Shown here piece after piece: positions 58,130 through 64,000 of a stretch of 64,000 nt of DNA. How positions within the stretch are numbered: the stretch's first letter is position 1; the number at the start of each line of letters is the position of its first letter. A model generated the notes under the pieces. That model saw nothing but the letters and a program-made list of their open reading frames with translations, was not told where the DNA came from and made no database searches. This DNA is from the human T2T-CHM13v2.0 reference genome, Homo sapiens, in assembly GCF_009914755.1 (NCBI RefSeq), contig NC_060932.1. One strand, 5' to 3'. A program made the position numbers and the translations under genes.

Positions 58130-58227
58130 CTTGAGATTGCCATGTGCTTGTCCATCCGAGCTTTCAATTCTTCATTCTCCTGCTGGAAACGCTTCAATTT
58201 GTCAACCAATGCTGTGTTGTTGTCCAC
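58130..58227 (-). CDS. MTUS1: MTUS1 penultimate coding exon ([32 protein letters not shown](R))
   Basis: Acceptor tgccaAG, donor aag|GTaaaa; 98 bp, phase 0 to 2; coiled-coil heptads. Confidence 0.96.
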
Positions 58228-60244
58228 CTTGGCATAAACAAGAATTCCAACATTTATACAATATTAAAAAAAAAACCCCTCATTTCTTAAGGCACCTCAC
58301 GACACAAGCACACTTTGGAGATTTAATTAAGGAAAATGCAATTCCATATTAAAATATTTATACACTAACAAACATACTGAAAAAGATTTTAAAACAGCAA
58401 AACAGAGCGGCTGGGTATTTTTAAAACATGTATGCCAGGACACTTAAATATTGATACGAGTGGGTAACAGATTTGTTCCAGGTCATGTTGTTTTGGAATT
58501 CTCTAAGAATTGGTGCCTCTTTCTGTTTCAATGTGAAATAAACCCTGCAGACACACTGCCCACACTTATCAAAGCTTATCTATCTTCTTACGGTGAATTT
58601 TGCTGGAAAAAAAAAAAAAAAGATTCCCACATCTGATGAAAACTCACAGGCCAGCAATTCACAGTCCCTGGCAACGTTTACTATGGACTTGAACTCAGTT
58701 TCATGGTAAGTTTTCAGCATTTGCGTCTGAGTGGCCATACAAAGCTTCAATTCGATAGAGCTCTTAGAGCATCCCATCAAAGAAGTAACATGCCACGAGT
58801 CTCCTCAGGTCAGCTGAAGATAGATAGGTCTGTTCTCTTGCTGCCCTGTGCAGGCTGAACTTTCAAGGCAAACAAACTGATCAGCGGAGAGATGAAAGGA
58901 TAAGATGCCTGAGGACATTTAATCACTTAACATGATGAAGACCTGATTCCATCCCCCACTCACTTTCTAAAGGTAAGGCTTTATGAAGAGGCAATATTAT
59001 AGCTCCGTCAGGATTAAGTCTAAGTCCTTGTCCTTGTAGCAGGACTAACGCGCTTTGAGTATGTTGCTTAGTTTGGAACCTGATTGTTCTTAAGACATCC
59101 TGTTATCCAGAAGCAGCTCAGGACAACCTGTTCAGGTTAAATCACTTTCCAGAAAAGGAGTCTACGTTCAGTAATTATGAAGGATTCCCAGATAAAACAA
59201 CGTGGAAAAAAACCTGGAATTTGAGATTGGGAGGTATTGTCCTTTAAATATCTCATCCTAGGGAAACTAGTCCTAATAATGTCACAGAGCTGATTATGGG
59301 CAGTGCCGGTTTCATGGGAAAGCTGTCTTTCTTAGAAAACTTCCTGTGCTTCTAAGTCTCTTAATTTCATCCGAGGCCTGTAATTTACAAATATGAAGGG
59401 AACAGTGGGTCTCCCTCTCATTGTATCAACTCATTCTTGCACACATACACAATGCAAGGCTGAAGGATATTATCAGGATACCTCTGGGGCATGGCAAGAA
59501 ACAAATAGTAGATCATCAGAAATTAAATGTGTTGGTAAGTTTACAGCAAAGTCTGATTTATTGCACATGATTTTTTGAAAGTTTTGATGCATGAATGGCA
59601 TATGGAGCAGTCCTATTAACAGGATCATCTGAGTCATCCCTGACTACCAGATTAGAAGATACCAGACTCAGTCGAACAGGACGACCTTTGGCAGGAACTG
59701 GTATGTATACTAGGTTGGCCCATTAACAACCATGAGTTCCTTTCCTTCCTTTACAAAAATTTCCTGATAATTCAAAATGCTGGTATATCCACACAGGGGC
59801 TTGGCCGTTATCTCCCTCAACAGGAGTCATAGTCTCCAGAAGAAAACCAAACGCCAAACCAACACAAACCAAGCAGCAGAGAGGTCCCCCATGTCCCCTA
59901 CTGTCCAGGGCTGGTTTGGGTTTGAATGAGGCACTTGTAGAAGCCTGAGTCACTCATCACTGTGGGGAGAAGAGGCCAGTAGCATGCGGCAGCTGGACAG
60001 TCAACAGCAAGGCACCGCGAGGGCGGGGATCACTTAAGCTGCCTTGCCAAACTCTGCCAACTTGGTTAGAGTCCTGGCTGGCAGCAGCTGTATTTCAGGG
60101 CCGGGCCAAGACTGACGCTGAACACTGAACATGCCACTCACACTAACATCGTTCTCTGTTCTAGACACTGCAAAGTGAATGTTAATTCATATTTTTGGTA
60201 ACACCTGCTACTTGTCCAAATGGATTAATCTTATTATAGCACAA

Positions 60245-60505
60245 TTTTTTTTTTTGAGATGGAGTCTTGCTATGTCGCCCAGGCTGGAATGCACTGGTGC
60301 CATCTCACCTCAATGGAACCTCCACCTTCCCAGTACTTGGGATTACAGGCACCCACCACCACACCCGGCTAAGTTTTATATTTTTAGTAGAGACAGGGTT
60401 TCACCATGTTGGCCAGGCTGGTCTCGAACTCCTGACCTCAAGTGACCCACCCATCTCAACCTCCCTAAACTGCTGGCATTAGAGGAATGAGCCACTGCGC
60501 CCAGC
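60245..60505 (-). mobile_element. Alu with an internal deletion
   Basis: Alu consensus; cctccaccttcccagta deletion junction. Confidence 0.88.
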
Positions 60506-60994
60506 CCACGATTCTTTTATCACATGCTAATTCACAAGAAGCAAGATGAAGAATTTTGATAAATAGTATTGCTATTCATTTCTATTAAATTCATTTCTAT
60601 TCATTTCTATTAAACGTATCCAACTGTTTTGGATCTAAGAAACCTGTCCAGGGTGGCTGGTATATTAAAGTACTGATTTTACATAGATATTTAAACATTT
60701 TTCTTATGCAGGTGAAGATCCAAAATACCACTGAAATATAAGCCTGATTTGTTTGTAGTTTTTCCAAGGACTGGGTGCTGTTTTACATGTTCCTTGAAAA
60801 AGAAAACATTCTAGGAGGCAGCAATGAATAAATATGGAACAAACTTGGAAAGAAAATGTGAACTTTATCTTTTGTATAATTTCTAAATATCTTTAGGAGC
60901 AGTTAACCCAACTCCACAGTTCTAAAATGCAGGGCTCAATTTCACACATATTACCCCATTTGTAAGATCCTCTTTCATTCTGAAGGAAACATAC

Positions 60995-61111
60995 CAGTTT
61001 CTCCATTTTCATTAACTTGATGTCCTGTTGATGCAGTTTCTCATTCTTGATCTCTAACACAGCTTTCAGGCTTTCTAACTCCTGTTCTAGATACATGATC
61101 TGAGGATTTTT
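60995..61111 (-). CDS. MTUS1: MTUS1 coding exon ([39 protein letters not shown])
   Basis: Acceptor cctttccAG, donor ctg|GTatgt; 117 bp, phase 0-0; coiled-coil. Confidence 0.96.
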
Positions 61112-61699
61112 CTGGAAAGGACACAGCAAGATACTGCTCTTATTCCACATAGTTCAAATTCTTAACAGAAAGAATCTTTGATTAGATTGAGACATTAGAC
61201 AAGTAGCAAGCGACAGATGTTCATCATCTTAGAGCAATTTCAAAGAAAGAGGTGAAAAACAAGAGCACCTTAATGTCGAAGACTGGTCCTAATACTGAAA
61301 GCAAACATTTCACTTATTTATCAGTAACTTAATATGCAAAAATGTGAGTTGCATCAAACATGTTATTGTATCAAGAGAAAAACTTTGCTTACATACAAAA
61401 CAGAATCTTGGCTGGAGATGAGGCAATCTGTGAGTCAGTTATTGGCATTTTCTGGGAGAACAGGGAACAACAGTTCTCTCCTACCAAACAAACTGATCAG
61501 GAAAGAAAAAGCAGTGCATTATACGGCTCTCTGGAAAACAACAGGGATAACAATGTCCTGAGTGTTTGGATTTTTGTTATGATGGGGCTACGTTGACTGG
61601 GCCGTACTTCTAGGGCAGACATAATACTATCATTTTCTATTGTGACACCCCAGTACCTACACGGCATGGAGTACACAGCCTATTTAAATTTCTCTCCAA

Positions 61700-61865
61700 A
61701 AATTACAAGTTTGCCAGGCATAGTGGCATATGCCTACAGTCCCAGCTACTCAGGAGGCTGAGGCGGGAGGATCAACTGAGCCAGGAGGTCAAGGCTGCAG
61801 TGAACTGTGAATGCACCACTGCATTCTAACCTGGTGGCAGAACAAGATCCTGTCTCAAAAACACA
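61700..61865 (+). mobile_element. Alu right monomer (J/FRAM-like)
   Basis: gccaggcatagtggcatatgcctacagtcccagctac. Confidence 0.85.
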
Positions 61866-62309
61866 AAACTCTCCAAAATAAATGCTACATCAGGGGAGGC
61901 GTCCTCTGAGAGCACACCATCAGTGTGGATTTCCCACCACCGCCCACCCACTCCTTGCTTTATTCGGAAATTCAACTAAACCATTCAAAATTTATGCTAC
62001 AGAAGAACAGCATATGGTCCACTGATCAGATATGTTTAATGAAGCAACGTCTTAGGTAAGAGTCGGTGGTGTGGTCATCAAGCTTATCTTCCGGGGCATT
62101 GGTTTCTGCTCTGGACCAATCCTTAGGGAGAATCCAGGAAGGGGCCTCGGGGATTACTTAATCCAAACCCCTTACTTCACACAGAAAGAGGAAACGTGTT
62201 CCACGGGTTAAGCGACCTACTCAGGAAAGATCAGGAAAGCTTCCAGAGCTGGAAAGGGTCAGGGCAGGGACTAATACATCTTTAATTCTAGGTTCTTTAG
62301 ATAGTTCCC

Positions 62310-62640
62310 TGAGGCTAGGAGAGGTATGCGTGTGTATGGTGGGAGGTGGGGTGGGGTGGGATGAGGAGAGGTTGGTTAATGCATACAAACATACAGTTAG
62401 ACAGAAGGAATAGGTTCTAGTGTTCAAGAACATAGTAGGGTGACTATAGTTAATAATAATATATTGCGTACTTCAAAATAGCTACAAGAGAAGATATAAA
62501 ATGTTCCAAACACAAAGAAATGATAATGATGACGGATACCCTAAATACCCTGACTTGGGCATTACACAGTCTATGATTGTCTCAACACATCACACGTACC
62601 CCATAAGTACATGCAAATACTAAGTATCAATTTTTAAATT
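62310..62640 (+). mobile_element. L1MA-type 3' end
   Basis: gagaggttggttaatgcatacaaacatacagttagacagaaggaat...gtagggtgactatagttaataataat. Confidence 0.8.
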
Positions 62641-63424
62641 TCATACATTTTATACAGTGTTACCCTTGTACGCAGGATTTTTTTTTTTTTTTTTACCTTG
62701 AAAATAGCGAATCCTACCTCATTTTTGTTAGAGGGAAATGGCATAACTTACCGTCAGTTTTAAAATTAGAGCATTTACAAGACTTGTACCCTCTGCATTT
62801 TCTCCTCCTCCTCTGCCAGCCCATCCCTTTCTCCCGGACTACAGTCAGACGCACTCTTTTTCCGCAGCCTCAGCATGCTTACGTGACAGAAGCGGTTGGA
62901 TGCTTCTGTGTTCCTCACTCTGACTCTGCCTTAGCTTTTCAAAAGCGGCTGCAGTAGAAGAATCCCCTTTGTGTACCGGAAGCTCTTTCAAACCTGTTTC
63001 CTGAGCCATCAATAAAGTTTATACCCTGCATATCCCTGCATGTAAGTCTAGATTTCTTTTGAAATCACTGACTCTTCCTAAGAATCTTCTAGAATAAATA
63101 GCTTTGAAGTTTCTTTGAATATAAGCTCATCTAATGTTATCAAATAGCTAGAGGGTCTCCCAATGACATTATTTGCAGAAGGTCTCACTGAGAGATCCAC
63201 ACATGTACTTTCTAGAGCTGGCCAGAGATTTGAAGTGGAGAAAAGCTTTGCTTCTGCAGTCTCAGAGTATAAACATGAAATGAAAACAGTGGTACTAAAG
63301 GCAGAAGCAGCAAGGAAACAAATTTTTTTCAAAAAGACAAAGGTTGGGGTAAGGCTGGGGAGAAAGGACAAATGTGCCACAAGAAATTTCAGCTTCCAAG
63401 AGATTTGTACTTTTCAGAATTGAC

Positions 63425-64000
<576 letters not shown>

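Noticed and set aside
58932-58947. ATGATGA followed by CTGA (C/D box-like)
   Set aside because: Boxes only a few nt apart, no terminal stem, and antisense to the host MTUS1 intron
63078-63423. Overlapping 100-aa (-) and 86-aa (+) ORFs as a further MTUS1 exon
   Set aside because: No match to the recalled MTUS1 sequence, and the minus ORF stops before any good donor; the next real exon should lie beyond the window

Overview
Primate (almost certainly human, 8p22 by gene content) genomic DNA. The + strand carries five coding exons of PDGFRL (582-879, 32188-32339, 39624-39917, 45211-45350, 53765-53953). All have GT-AG ends and consistent phases; the signal-peptide exon lies upstream of the window. 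The - strand carries the last three coding exons and 3' UTR of MTUS1 (61111-60995, 58227-58130, 57287-57074). The two genes end tail-to-tail about 0.7 kb apart. The introns are dense in Alu, L1, L2, MIR, LTR and DNA-transposon relics. No prokaryote-type system (CRISPR, operon, rRNA/tRNA) is present and I found no convincing new protein family. The best non-obvious signals are: (1) a 1.37 kb 5'-truncated retrocopy of the GRAP mRNA (SH3 C-terminus plus 3' UTR, poly(A), 15-bp TSD) lying antisense in the long PDGFRL intron and missed by the ORF track; (2) an old local duplication whose two copies were independently hit by retroelements and which ends in a fold-back palindrome; (3) a sense THE1 LTR with a DUX4 motif, a good splice donor and a dead poly(A) signal; (4) a cluster of minus-strand splice donors with an in-frame 29-codon ORF inside a MTUS1 intron; (5) a MADE1 (miR-548-type) hairpin. 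Repeat subfamily names and boundaries are by eye and approximate.
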